A stretch of DNA of 64,000 nt from Enoplolaimus lenunculus. Its lineage: Eukaryota. The position numbers and the translations under genes are program-made. Of this stretch, positions 1 through 10,293 are shown one piece after another (the stretch's first letter is position 1; every line of letters starts with the position of its first letter). The notes beneath the pieces are model-generated. The model ran no database searches. It saw only the letters and a program-made list of their open reading frames with translations, and was not told where the DNA came from. The DNA is taken from positions 620,001-684,000 of the forward strand of contig JASANG010000753.1 of NCBI GenBank assembly GCA_030248215.1, read 5' to 3'.

Positions 1-914
1 TTTCTTACAATCCTAGTTTGCCAGCATCGTTCACGAACGCGAACAAGCTCTGGCTAGCCGCACGAAAGCAGTTACCGTTGCTTAAGTTTTCTCAAGTAAA
101 ATATTCGCTAGCAGCGCAAGTTGTGCATCAGTTGCACAAAAGAAAATCTCGTCGCCATGCCACTACAACGATTAAAGTTGAGCGACTTAATCAACAATGG
201 GACATAGACTTGATGTTTGTTCGAAAAGCTAAGCGTTACAATAATAATTACCAGTATATCTTAATTACAATTGATCTTTTCAGTAGAAAAGTTTCGTTGA
301 ACCGTTAAAAAAGTATTCTAAAACTGTTGCCGAGGCTTTCGTAACGATCCTGAAGCGTTCGGCCGAGGTTCCTAAAGTTATTCGCTCAGACTACGGAACA
401 GAATTCAAAGACACATTTGAAGCGCTTCTAAAGTAACGTGGCATCAAACATTTCTGGGCTAACAATGCATACAAATCTAATTATGCAGAGCGCTTTATTA
501 GAACTTTACGCCGCAAAATTTGAAAGTATCTAACACACCAAAAAACTGCGTTATATTGATGCTCTGGATAAACTAGTTCAATCATAAAACGACACCGTGT
601 ACCGCAGCATAGAAACAACGCCAACGAAGCTGCTAAATGTAAGCTTCCTAAAATTAAGTCTAGTAAAACGATACATAACACCGAACCTAAGTTTGTCTTC
701 GAGTTGGGAGATTATGTAAGAGTTGCATTGGGCAAAGGTACATTCCAAAAAATCAACAGAACAGTCCTGGACTGATGAATTGTATGAAGTTGTGCAACGC
801 CGAATGGGATATCCGCCAACCTACAGACTGCCGGATATGGTCGGAGAACCTCTTACAGGTGCGTATTATGCCGCTGAGCTACAAAAGGTTCCAAGTGTCG
901 TCAAAACAAAATAA
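1..914 (+). pseudogene. Polinton-type retroviral-like (rve/DDE) integrase, disrupted
   Basis: Stitched frames give QQWDIDLM...YQYILITIDLFSRK / RSDYGTEF / YAERFIRTLRRKI (D,D,E) / PKFVFELGDYVRV / SWTDELYEV...PPTYRL...GAYYAAELQKV. Several in-frame stops (e.g. ~434, ~520) and at least two frameshifts (~295, ~745). Confidence 0.92.
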
Positions 915-922
915 TGTTTGCG

Positions 923-984
923 TGAGTCAGCACGTGACTAACATAAACCTATAAAAGGTGGCGACCATGCGCAAAACCATCATT
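923..984 (+). promoter_or_regulatory. Putative Pol II core promoter inside the Polinton (TGAGTCA, CACGTG, TATAAAAG, TCATT initiator)
   Basis: TGAGTCA at 923-929, CACGTG at 931-936, TATAAAAG at 950-957 and TCATT at 980-984, 30 bp after the TATA box. Lies directly upstream of the next ORF. Confidence 0.55.
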
Positions 985-1031
985 TTATTGTTTTCTAGAA
1001 AACAAACAGTGTGTATTTATCAACTAATGAA

Positions 1032-1615
1032 ATGCTTGTGGCAGCAATTTTCAACAGTTACGTTTTTCGGACCAGGAAATTTTAACCGAAATACAACGAC
1101 TTATGTATGCAAATTGTTGGAGCTGCAGTAGTGACAACCCAATGGTGCGTCGTTACGGTTCTGCACACCAGAACGGATGCGAAATGGACAAGCGCGACGT
1201 GATCGACTTGTTCTTTCATGAGGCGGTCGTCAACTTGCACTACAAAGTGTGCATGAACATAAATCCGCACGTTCGTCGCATAACAATCAAGCGATTGAAG
1301 ATACTGTGGCGCGACGGCATTACAGACAGCGAAGACACAGATATCGAAGATGACGATGATTGAAATGACAGCTGCTGCAAACACAATGAAAAGAAAGTTG
1401 CGAAATCCAACAACAAAGGCAACAACAACAGCAACGACCACAGCAACAACCACAAGAACCATAACAAGAACACCAACGGTGAAAATATTATCACTGACGA
1501 TGGCTACGCGACTGTTGAAAAGGAAGAAGTCGAGCTGATGATTTCTCAAATTGTTACAGTTAAAAATAGACTTAATATATATGCACATCGCATTTATGAT
1601 CGAATGTATTTTTAA
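1032..1615 (+). pseudogene. Small Polinton-type protein with CxxC...HxxxC putative zinc-binding motif and acidic/Asn-rich tail, disrupted
   Basis: ORF 1103-1363 (ANCWSC...SAHQNGC). The frame continues past the TGA at 1361 to a TAA at 1613. A probable start ATG at 1032 is out of frame. AATAAA follows at ~1634. Confidence 0.5.
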
Positions 1616-1650
1616 TTGTTGCTTGGTTATTTTAATAAATTATACTGCAT

Positions 1651-2465
1651 TACGACAACGATAGCTTTTATGTTACTTTGCTAAGCAACGCCTCATCTGC
1701 TGAATATCCAAACAACACGCACAGCTGTTTTAGCAATAGATTAGTCACACCGTTATATTTAGACAGAACTCGCTGGGAAGTTGGGCTTTGTGAGATAGTT
1801 TACCCAGAACACATTTTAAACATTTCACCAAAAACTAACAGCAACGACCGCACGATTGACAACAGCGACAACTTTTACCCGTCACGTTATTCGTATAAGC
1901 ACTTGATTGCGGGTGGCGACGTTGCATGGTTTCTAGAAACAATACCAGCAGCGCATTATGCTAACACGCACACCATGATTTCAAGTATTAATCGTAACAT
2001 TTCGGAAAACGGGCAGAAAACATTACATGAGGATAAAATTAATCTATAAACAATGCAAAGGACAAACTGGCTTTGGTTGAATTTTCAAAATCCGATGCTC
2101 AATTGCTCGGCTTCGAACTAAACACAACCTACGTTGTGAAACCACTGGGAATTACAGCCCCGTATTGCGTTGATTTAATGGCAGGAGTGTCAACACTGTT
2201 TGTCTACTCAGACATTTGCAAAGCACAGCAAGTCGGGCAAACTGAACAACCATTACTACGAATAATTTCGCGAAACGATATAGTAAGACCAAAATCTGCA
2301 ACTGTGCAAACAACACGACCTTTTTCGCGTCCACACTATATGCCGCTGGAACGCAACCTGATCACAAGCATAAAATTATATATAAAAATGGAACGCAACG
2401 TGCACGTTCAATTTGAGAATTGTGGTTGCGTTATTGCAAAGTTACATTTTCGACGCACTAATTAA
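1651..2465 (+). pseudogene. Polinton minor capsid (penton, single jelly-roll) protein, split by a frameshift
   Basis: N-terminus SFYVTLLSNAS..YPNNT.S.F...L..PL.L...WEVGLCEIVYP and C-terminus LFVYSDI...Q.VG....PLLRII...PHYMPL...I...I......V.F......KLHFRR match the Polinton minor capsid pattern. Two ORFs (1678-2049 and 2073-2465) lie in different frames. Confidence 0.85.
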
Positions 2466-2468
2466 ACA

Positions 2469-2729
2469 ATGCGCATAATGACACACTTGCCGTTTGTGAT
2501 TTTTCAAAGCGTTTTTGGATTGGGTTCAGCATTTGCAACGCTAGCACGAGTGGCAATTCCTGCTGCTGCAACATACTTTGCGCGTCACGTTCTTCGGGGA
2601 GTTTCAGAAACGGTAGCATCTCAGATTCAAGCGAAACATCCACGCGGCAACGAGGTGCCACCTCAGCTAAACGTGCATTCTGCATGGCAGCTGCAAAAAC
2701 CAATAAGCGATAAGCCATCACAACAATAA
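2469..2729 (+). CDS. Small Polinton-type protein with GLGSxF amphipathic N-terminal helix (possible virion core/membrane-active protein); may be disrupted
   Basis: FGLGSAFATLARVAIP resembles the GxGxxFxxLxRxxxP motif of short ORFs that commonly follow the minor capsid gene in Polintons. Starts 3 bp after the penton stop. Confidence 0.45.
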   Translation: MRIMTHLPFVIFQSVFGLGSAFATLARVAIPAAATYFARHVLRGVSETVASQIQAKHPRGNEVPPQLNVHSAWQLQKPISDKPSQQ

Positions 2730-2959
2730 AAACCGACATAGCACCTAGTGTTGGCAACGATCAGTGCCGTAGAAGAACCGAAAAACTAGCACGACGTATA
2801 GCGCAAAATATTGGAAAAAGCATTGCTGCAGGTTTAACTGTTCACGCGCTCTACAACAACAATACTCATCGCGGCGGCGGTGGTGGTTGTGGTCGCTGTA
2901 ACAAACAAAAATCGCGGCTTGTTGCGCAAGCCGGTGCTCGCCGCGGCAATTTAAAATCA

Positions 2960-3753
2960 TCGCGACGGCAGCATCGAATTGAAACACTACCAGATACTAG
3001 CGTAAAGTTATCGTTGGATAAAGAAATGGAAGAAATATTAGCAACCACGGATTTACCGATGTATACAAAACTCAACTTGTACAACCAGACGTTACAAAAA
3101 TATCTATAATTACATAGCAATGCAGCAACAAGTAACAACAACTGTGCAGCACAACAACAACAACAACAACAACAAGCAAACACGCAGAAGTATCAAAGCG
3201 AGCAAGCTGTCGATCAGCCGAACCGCTCAAATAATTCAAAAGCGAAAATTTTTCAGGCGCGCTAGCGCTTATCCCATCGCGATTCAAGGATCGTGCCAAA
3301 GTGATACAAACGCATATTGCTGAAACTCCGGGTATCAGCTGGGCTGAAAACGGTGTTGTTACAATTGATGTCGTTCCAATAGTCGGATCACATATTGCCG
3401 ATCTTGTCGAATATACGATGAAACCAAAGCTGCCGAAGCACAAGCCTGTTGGGTATGCAATGTTTGTGTCAGCGGTCGCGAAGCTACCTATCGGAACTTC
3501 ATGGATTCCAAGCATACAACTTAGACGTCACCTGGAAAACATTCGTCAGAAGGGTAGTACGAACATGGGTACAACGGTGGCAGCAGATAATTTTGAAAAT
3601 TGTAGTTTAGATTCGTCAGAATACAATTTCTAGAGCAATAATAACGGCATTACCACCAGTTACGAAGAAGAGGAAGAAAACGACGTAGACCAGAATAAAA
3701 CTGATACCAAAAATAAACAATGTAGTAAATCATGGGCACGACTTCCTTATTGA
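2960..3753 (+). pseudogene. Conserved Polinton protein of unknown function, disrupted
   Basis: Stitched frames give LDKEMEEILATTDLPMYTKLNLYNQTLQKYL* then ISWAENGVVTIDVVPIVGSHIADLVEY...PVGYAMFVSAVAKLPIGTSWI, a pattern recurrent in Polintons. The frame runs past the TAG at 3631 to ...WARLPY*. Start coordinate is approximate. Confidence 0.7.
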
Positions 3754-3904
3754 TTTTTTATGCATTACACATATACATTTTATTTACATGAACACATCGT
3801 ATTTGACGTACTGTATATAATTACTTGTCATTTTTTTAATAAACTGATGGGTATAAAAAGATGGTTCTGAGCTCATTTTTGTCATTTTACGCAGCGCCAA
3901 CGTA

Positions 3905-5607
3905 ATGAAAATTAGACAAGTCGACAATCCGCTTACCGGTTATTTGCGACGTTACACAATTGTATCCGATACGCTGTATCAAGATCTTTCCGCTTATTAT
4001 ACTAATGCAAAACCTGAGATACAAGTACTATGCAGAGAATTATTAGATAATATAACTGCGTTCAAGTTGCACGTTCGGACAAAAATTCGTTTTCAAGGCA
4101 ACCAACCACGAAACGCTAGCTGATGCATACATGAGCAACAGGCAGCGCATTTTCCTGCGTTCAGACAAAGAACGGGACCCCAAAACCGGAAAGAGAAGCT
4201 AGACAAAAAGCCCCCGAAACCCCCGGGGGAAAAAAAAAAAAAAAAAAAAAAAAAAGCCCGTTCCAGTTGATCGTAATCCTCAGCTAGTTTCAAACTACTC
4301 AAATTATGTCGACAACTACAACATTTATAACTACCACTATCCATTCGCCCTTCGTGATTTGCCACATTTCGAGCAATACAACGATGTTTGTGTTTTTGTG
4401 TACGGATACGACGAAGGTGACGGTATCTTCCCCATTTACTTGTCACGCTAGAGCTAAGTGCTCCTTGACATCACCATCATTCTGTAATGCTGCAGATGCT
4501 GGAAAATGAAGACAAGTCCAACTCGCATTACTGTTGGATAAAACGGTTCGACGTTCTGCTCTACGATCAGCGAAAACACCGCTGCCGCAAATATTTTTGT
4601 GTTCGTTGCCTTTTTCCGTTCTACTCTCCCGAACGTCTGTGGGGCTATCAACAGCAATGCCAGGTTAGCGCAGGATGTATTATTGAAATGCCGGATGACG
4701 AACGTAATTAACTAACATTTATTCAAATGGCAAAAATGCTTCGACAACCGTGTGTGTTTTGTGCGGACTTTGAATGCATTCTGAACCCAGTATACGGGTG
4801 TCAGCCGCGTGCTACAGCGTCTTATTGTACAAAGTTGACCGAACATGTTCCTTGTGGTTTTGGCATACTTCAATTAACTCAGTACTGCGGCGAGTCGACC
4901 AGAAAAACCGGTGTACCCATGGTAAAACAGTGTGAAAACAGCGTTAACGAGTTTCTCGACTGCATCATTGAATTAGCGTTACAATACCAGCGTAATGGGT
5001 CATCCACGTTAAAATGCACACGCCGATGTAATAAATGTTCCACCCACCCCATAGACCTCCACCAAACCCCACCCCGGCATCCTTTCCCCTTCCACTTTTT
5101 TTCCGGCCATTTTCTTCCCCCCCCTCACCCCCCCCCCCCCCAACCCCCCCCCCCCCACCCCCCCCCCCACCCACAAACCCCCCCCACAATAACAGTTCCC
5201 GATAATGATGTCAGACAAGTTATATTTAGGCAGAGCAAAGTCTAAAGGTGCAGACAAAGCCAATAGACACATCAGACACAGTATAGAGAGAGAGGGGGTA
5301 GGGAGAACGTGGGCACCCAAAAGGGAGGGACAAAAACCAGAACCCAAACAAAACACGCTTTCCAAAAACAATTGGAACCAATATTTCACACAACCAATTT
5401 GTTCCATTTGCAGCAAACAATTCGATCCGTGCGCACAATGTGGCGATTGAACGAGCCGGCGAAATTGGTGCACAAATTGTCGTCGGCAAATTGCAAGAGA
5501 TCACTGCAGAGTCTGCAGAAGATTTCGAGGACCAACTCACACTCGATGCAACATCGAATTTCAGCTGAGCAAAGATGTTTGCGTATTTATTCACAACTTG
5601 AAAAATT
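3905..5607 (+). pseudogene. N-terminal part of protein-primed PolB (terminal-protein/OTU-like region, Zn finger, ExoI, endonuclease-VII-like insertion), fragmented
   Basis: Fragments: YPFALRDLPHFEQYN; SHYCWIKRFDVLL...KYFCVRCL; CADFECIL (ExoI); CSIC...RDHCRVCRRFRGPTHTRCN; FIHNLKNYD (ExoII, frameshifted at ~5612). Interrupted by stops and by two low-complexity junk tracts. Confidence 0.85.
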
Positions 5608-7677
5608 ATGACTCATTTAATTATGCAACATATTGCCGAAATCGTAATCGCGCGAGAAATGCAACTTGAATGTGTGGCAAAAGCAATGGAGAAATATATC
5701 ATGTTCGCGATCACCATTGCACCAAGTGACGAGTTAAAGTACACTTGGAGAAAAAAATTTCTGGACATGTTTCAGTTTTTGCCGAGTTCGCTTGAAAGCC
5801 TAGTTGACAATTTAAAAACTGGAACAAATCAGCAGCAGCAGCAATTCAAAACAATGCAGCATTTTTTTCCAAACGCAAACGATCGCAATATGCTGCTACG
5901 CAAAGGCGTTTACCCGTACGAATACGTCGACTCCGTGGACAAATTCGCCGATACGAAGTTGCCCGATATTGGCAAATTTTATAGCAATGTCAAAATGTGC
6001 AACATTTCTGACGACGATTACAAGCACGCCAAAGCTACTTGGAACTATTTCAATTGCGAAAACTTGGCTGATTATCACGACTTGTATCTGCTTTGCGATG
6101 TACTACTTTTGTGTGATGTATTTGAGAACTTTCGAGCGTTTTCGCTTTTACATTACCAGTTGGATCCTGCACACTATATGACACTGCCGTCACTAGGCTG
6201 GGCCGCATGTTTACGGCGATCACCATGTGAACTCGAACTGCTAACTGATCCAGATATGTATGTACTATTCGAAGAAGGAATACGTGGAGGAGTTTCGTGC
6301 ATAATGCACCGATTTGCCGCCGCAAATAATCCCCAACTAGAAAACTTTGATTGCTCTCAACCGACAACACACATTGTTAGTTTTGATGCAAACAATTTGT
6401 ACGGATTTTGCATGAGCCAAAAGATGCCGGTTGCAGGGTTTCGCTGGCTCGATGACAGTGAACTGGAAAATTTTGATGTGTTCCAAATCGCCGAAGACGC
6501 TGACTACGGATACGTGCTCGACGTTGATCTAGACTATCCTGCGCATTTGCACGATAGTCACAACGAGTATCCGCTCGCGCCGGAAAAAATTACAATAACC
6601 GATGGCATGTTGTCGCAGTACAGTTGCGCGTTAAAACAACGTTTAGGTCTTAGTTCGGTGAAACAAGTCAAACTTGTACCAACACTATTAAACAAGCGCG
6701 GATATATTGTGCACTATCGCAACTTAAAACTGTACCTTAATCTTGGAATGAAACTTGTCAAGATTAATCGAGGCGTCCAATTCTACCAAGCAGCATGGAT
6801 GAGACCCTACATCGAATTTAATACCGAGCAGCGCAAAGTCGCGAAAAGCAACTTTCAGAAAGATTTGTTCAAACTGCTCAATAATTCGGTGTTTGGCAAA
6901 AGTATGGAAAATGTACGCAACTACGTCGACGTTCGTCTTGTTACCGACAGCAACAAATTTCGAAAACTTGTTGCAAGTCCGCGTTACAATCGCAGTGAAG
7001 TTTTTAACGAAAACTTGGTAGCAGTGATGCTCAATCGCGTCCGAGTTTGTTTAAACAAACCAATCTATGTTGGATTTAGTGTCCTCGAGTTATCGAAGCA
7101 TTTGATGTACGATTTTCATTACTACACCTTCAACCAAATATTTCCTCGACATCAATTGCTGTATACAGATACAGATTCGCTGACTTACTTAATCGAGTCG
7201 GATAATTTGCTGGAAACGCTCAAACTACACAGTCAGTTTTTCGATTTCAGCGATTATCCCAAACAGCATTCTCTGTACGATGAAACTAACAAGAAAGTGA
7301 TGGGAAAGTTTAAGGATGAAACAAACTCGATACCTATACGCGAATTTGTCGGATTACGCTGTAAAATGTACAGCATTCTATGCGAGGATCATTCGAAAAA
7401 GCGTGCAAAGGGAATAGCTAAGCCGGTAGTGAAACGGCGCATTTCGCACACTGACTATGTTACAACTTTGCGCAACGGAACACTCTGTCGGCATGTAATG
7501 GTTGCGATTAGAAGTGAACGACACAAAGTGTTCACAATTGAACAATCAAAAATTAGCTTAAGCGCGTTTGACGACAAACGCTACATTCTTGATGATGGTA
7601 TTGGGACTTTAGCTTATGGCCACAAGCTGTTAGAGAATAATCATGATGAAGATGATGATGATGAACCATTTCTGTGA
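5608..7677 (+). CDS. Protein-primed family B DNA polymerase (Polinton pPolB), uninterrupted C-terminal 689 aa
   Basis: LLRKGVYPYEY, YLLCDVLLLCDVFENFR (ExoIII), SFDANNLYG (motif A), KLLNNSVFGKSMEN (motif B), YTDTDS (motif C), KMYS, KAKGI-like motif and DDKRY. Confidence 0.96.
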   Translation: MTHLIMQHIAEIVIAREMQLECVAKAMEKYIMFAITIAPSDELKYTWRKKFLDMFQFLPSSLESLVDNLKTGTNQQQQQFKTMQHFFPNANDRNMLLRKGVYPYEYVDSVDKFADTKLPDIGKFYSNVKMCNISDDDYKHAKATWNYFNCENLADYHDLYLLCDVLLLCDVFENFRAFSLLHYQLDPAHYMTLPSLGWAACLRRSPCELELLTDPDMYVLFEEGIRGGVSCIMHRFAAANNPQLENFDCSQPTTHIVSFDANNLYGFCMSQKMPVAGFRWLDDSELENFDVFQIAEDADYGYVLDVDLDYPAHLHDSHNEYPLAPEKITITDGMLSQYSCALKQRLGLSSVKQVKLVPTLLNKRGYIVHYRNLKLYLNLGMKLVKINRGVQFYQAAWMRPYIEFNTEQRKVAKSNFQKDLFKLLNNSVFGKSMENVRNYVDVRLVTDSNKFRKLVASPRYNRSEVFNENLVAVMLNRVRVCLNKPIYVGFSVLELSKHLMYDFHYYTFNQIFPRHQLLYTDTDSLTYLIESDNLLETLKLHSQFFDFSDYPKQHSLYDETNKKVMGKFKDETNSIPIREFVGLRCKMYSILCEDHSKKRAKGIAKPVVKRRISHTDYVTTLRNGTLCRHVMVAIRSERHKVFTIEQSKISLSAFDDKRYILDDGIGTLAYGHKLLENNHDEDDDDEPFL

Positions 7678-7814
7678 GTTTTCAGTGTTTTATGAACAGA
7701 TGGTTATTTTTGCTGAGAGTTGTTAGTTCGGCAATACATCTGTGAAAAGCAATGCATGATTTTTAAATAGTAAATAAAAATCGCAGACTTGGTTTATGTT
7801 GCGCAATTAGAATT

Positions 7815-8700
7815 GGACGAGCCATTTGGCTCTTAACTTTGATCAACGCAAACCTCCATTTTTCAGCTACTTTGTCTAAAACTCAAATCGCAACTTTTCG
7901 CAGCAACTTGGGTTGCGTTGATCGTGGGGGGACGTATTAAGTCGTGAACCCCAAACACGACGAACCATTTGGCTCTTAACTTTGATCAACGCAAACCTTA
8001 AGTTTTCAGCTACTTTGTCTACAACTCAAATTGCAACTTTTCGCAGCGACGTGAGTTGCGCAACTTCGGCTGCGTTGATCGTGGGGGACGTATTAAGTCG
8101 TGAACCCCAAACACGACGAACCATTTGGCTCTTAACTTTGATCAACGCAAACCTTCATTTTTATCTACTTTGTCTACAACTCAAATCGCAACTTTTCGCA
8201 GCGACTAGAGTTTCGCAACTTGGGTTGTGTTGATCGAGGGGACGTATTAAGTCATGAACCCCAAACACGACGAACCATTTAGCTCTTAATTTTGATCAAC
8301 GCAAACCTCCATTTTTCAGCTACTTTGTCTACAACTCAAATCGCAACTTTTCGCAGCGACTAAAGTTTCGCAACTTGGGTTGCGTTGATCGAGGGGAAGT
8401 ATTCAGTCGTGAACCCCAAACACGACGAACCATTTGGCTCTTAACTTTGATCAACGCAAACCTCCATTTTTCACCTACTTTGTCTACAACTCAAATCGCA
8501 ACTTTTCGCAGCGACTTGAGTTGCGCAACTTGGGTTGCGTTGATCGTGGGGGACGTATTAAGTCGTGAACCCCAAACACGACGAACCATTTGGCTCTTAA
8601 CTTTGATATACGCAAAATTTTATTTTTTGCTATTGGTGTTAAAATGTGCAACTCAAACACAACTTTTCGCAACGAACTGAGTTGCACAACTTTGTCCGCT
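7815..8700. repeat. Tandem array of ~155-bp units (5 full copies plus a degenerate sixth) inside the Polinton
   Basis: Anchor CCATTT(G/A)GCTCTTAA at 7822, 7965, 8121, 8275, 8430 and 8586 (spacings 143, 156, 154, 155, 156). Confidence 0.97.
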
Positions 8701-10231
8701 TGCAATTTGGATTGCATAAGTTAGGTTTAATTTAATGGAGCTTTGATAAGTCCAATCGCGCAGGTAAAGTAAAGTAATATTGTCCAACTAGATCAGTTTT
8801 TCTGCAATATCTATTGCGCGTATTGTATTTAATTTAAGAGCCATAAACGCTTGTTGCGTAATCGAGCTTTGAGTTTTATGATTGCGTCTATAATGCCTAG
8901 CTGCTAATAATTTCATAAAACATCATTTTTGACTGTAATTTACTACGCATGAACACAAGAAATCTTTCTGTGTCTTGCCGCAATTTTTGTATTGATTGCA
9001 AAGCTACACTACAATTTTCAAAAATTCAGCAAGCAAAACTGAACAATTTCACAACACGCACTCAAGTTATATAGCTTTTCCTAAACATAAGAATTACATG
9101 TACATACAAAAACATTTGAAACTATATAAAGAATGCATCACACATTGCTCAGATTTATTTTTGCTCAGTTGCATCATGTGCAGTCGTCTATCATACAACA
9201 GCAAAGCAACGCAATTTAAGCAAATGTGCAATCCAGCATGTACGCACTGCAGTGCAATGCTAAAAATTGTTCTGCGGTGAGCGAGCGCAAAAGGTGCCAA
9301 CTGTGGAACTATTGGACCATTAAAACTTGCACAGGTCGTAATTTTACAAACATCAGTTTTCAACATTAATTTCGTCAGACTGCTTCATGCATAGCGTTGC
9401 TAAGAACACCATGCAATGTCACAAGTGGCATGGATATATTACAATCAATATTACGCTTTATGCTGTTTAATACACCCCCAGTTTCTACTGTTTATTGCAA
9501 TGGTATACACAGAAACGTATTCTCGATTGTATGTTGAGTCAAGAAAATACTACAGTTAAAACCATTTGTCGAAACACGAGTTCGCAAGAGCAAAACAGCT
9601 AAGGTTTTCAAGTTTATTAGCTCAAGCAGAGGTCATTTCTGCAATCTGCAGAAATATCACCAGCCTTTAAAACATTTTTTATTAATTGTTTGAAATCTGA
9701 AGCTTCTCTAATAGAATTTAGGGAGTATACAAGCGATTTTAATAGTTGCATTTTATTTATTTTTCATTTAAAAAACTAGCACAATTGCAATAATTGCAAA
9801 ATCGCGATAAAGTTTCGGGATAAGACTAACTTACATCTTGCTACGAGCAGCCTTCGCAGCAAAATCAGAAAATTAAAAATAATGGACGGCTACAATTTAC
9901 TTTTGCTGCGCATGGCATTAAATACGTGGTCGTAAACATAAACACACTCGATTAAATGTTTTCACTATAAACACCTGATTCTTTGCGAGCAGCATTATAA
10001 TTGTTTTATTGAAACTGCACTGGCGCAAGTGAAATATATATGAACAATGACAGCGCTTTGCAATATTGCAGAATTAGCATTAATACACGTATCATTGTGG
10101 CAACTGTTACTTAGTGCAACGCCATCAAACGTTTTCATTAGAAAACAAACCGATTGACGTTTGAAAGTTGTGCTCTAGGTTGTCGAGTATTAACCGTGAC
10201 TCATTGTACTATTACAAAATTGACTTTTCAA

Positions 10232-10293
10232 ACTTTTGCACTAGTTGGAACTGTGCCAACTTGGGCTGGCATGGTGCCAACTAGTGCAAAAGT
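10232..10293. repeat. Subterminal inverted repeat (17-bp perfect arms) near the candidate Polinton end
   Basis: ACTTTTGCACTAGTTGG (10232-10248) is the reverse complement of CCAACTAGTGCAAAAGT (10277-10293). Confidence 0.9.

Noticed and set aside
1082..1588. 168-aa hydrophobic minus-strand ORF and the overlapping Thr-rich ORF
   Set aside because: Shadow frames of the AAC/ACA-rich tail of the plus-strand gene.
4110..4260. A/C/G-run tract interrupting the PolB N-terminal region (poly-Phe ORF on the minus strand)
   Set aside because: Homopolymer-rich junk replacing expected coding sequence; looks like low-quality read ends or gap-fill rather than biology.
5030..5385. Poly-C tract giving Pro-rich/Gly-rich ORFs, a possible G-quadruplex
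   Set aside because: Abrupt low-complexity sequence inside a conserved domain, with normal PolB sequence resuming afterwards; most likely a sequencing/assembly artefact.
7815..8700. Possible CRISPR-like array, or repeat-encoded proteins (ORFs 7982-8233 and 8375-8680)
   Set aside because: Units are similar along their whole length with no unique spacers, the context is eukaryotic and no cas genes are present. The ORFs arise because the unit is near a multiple of three, and frames break between units.
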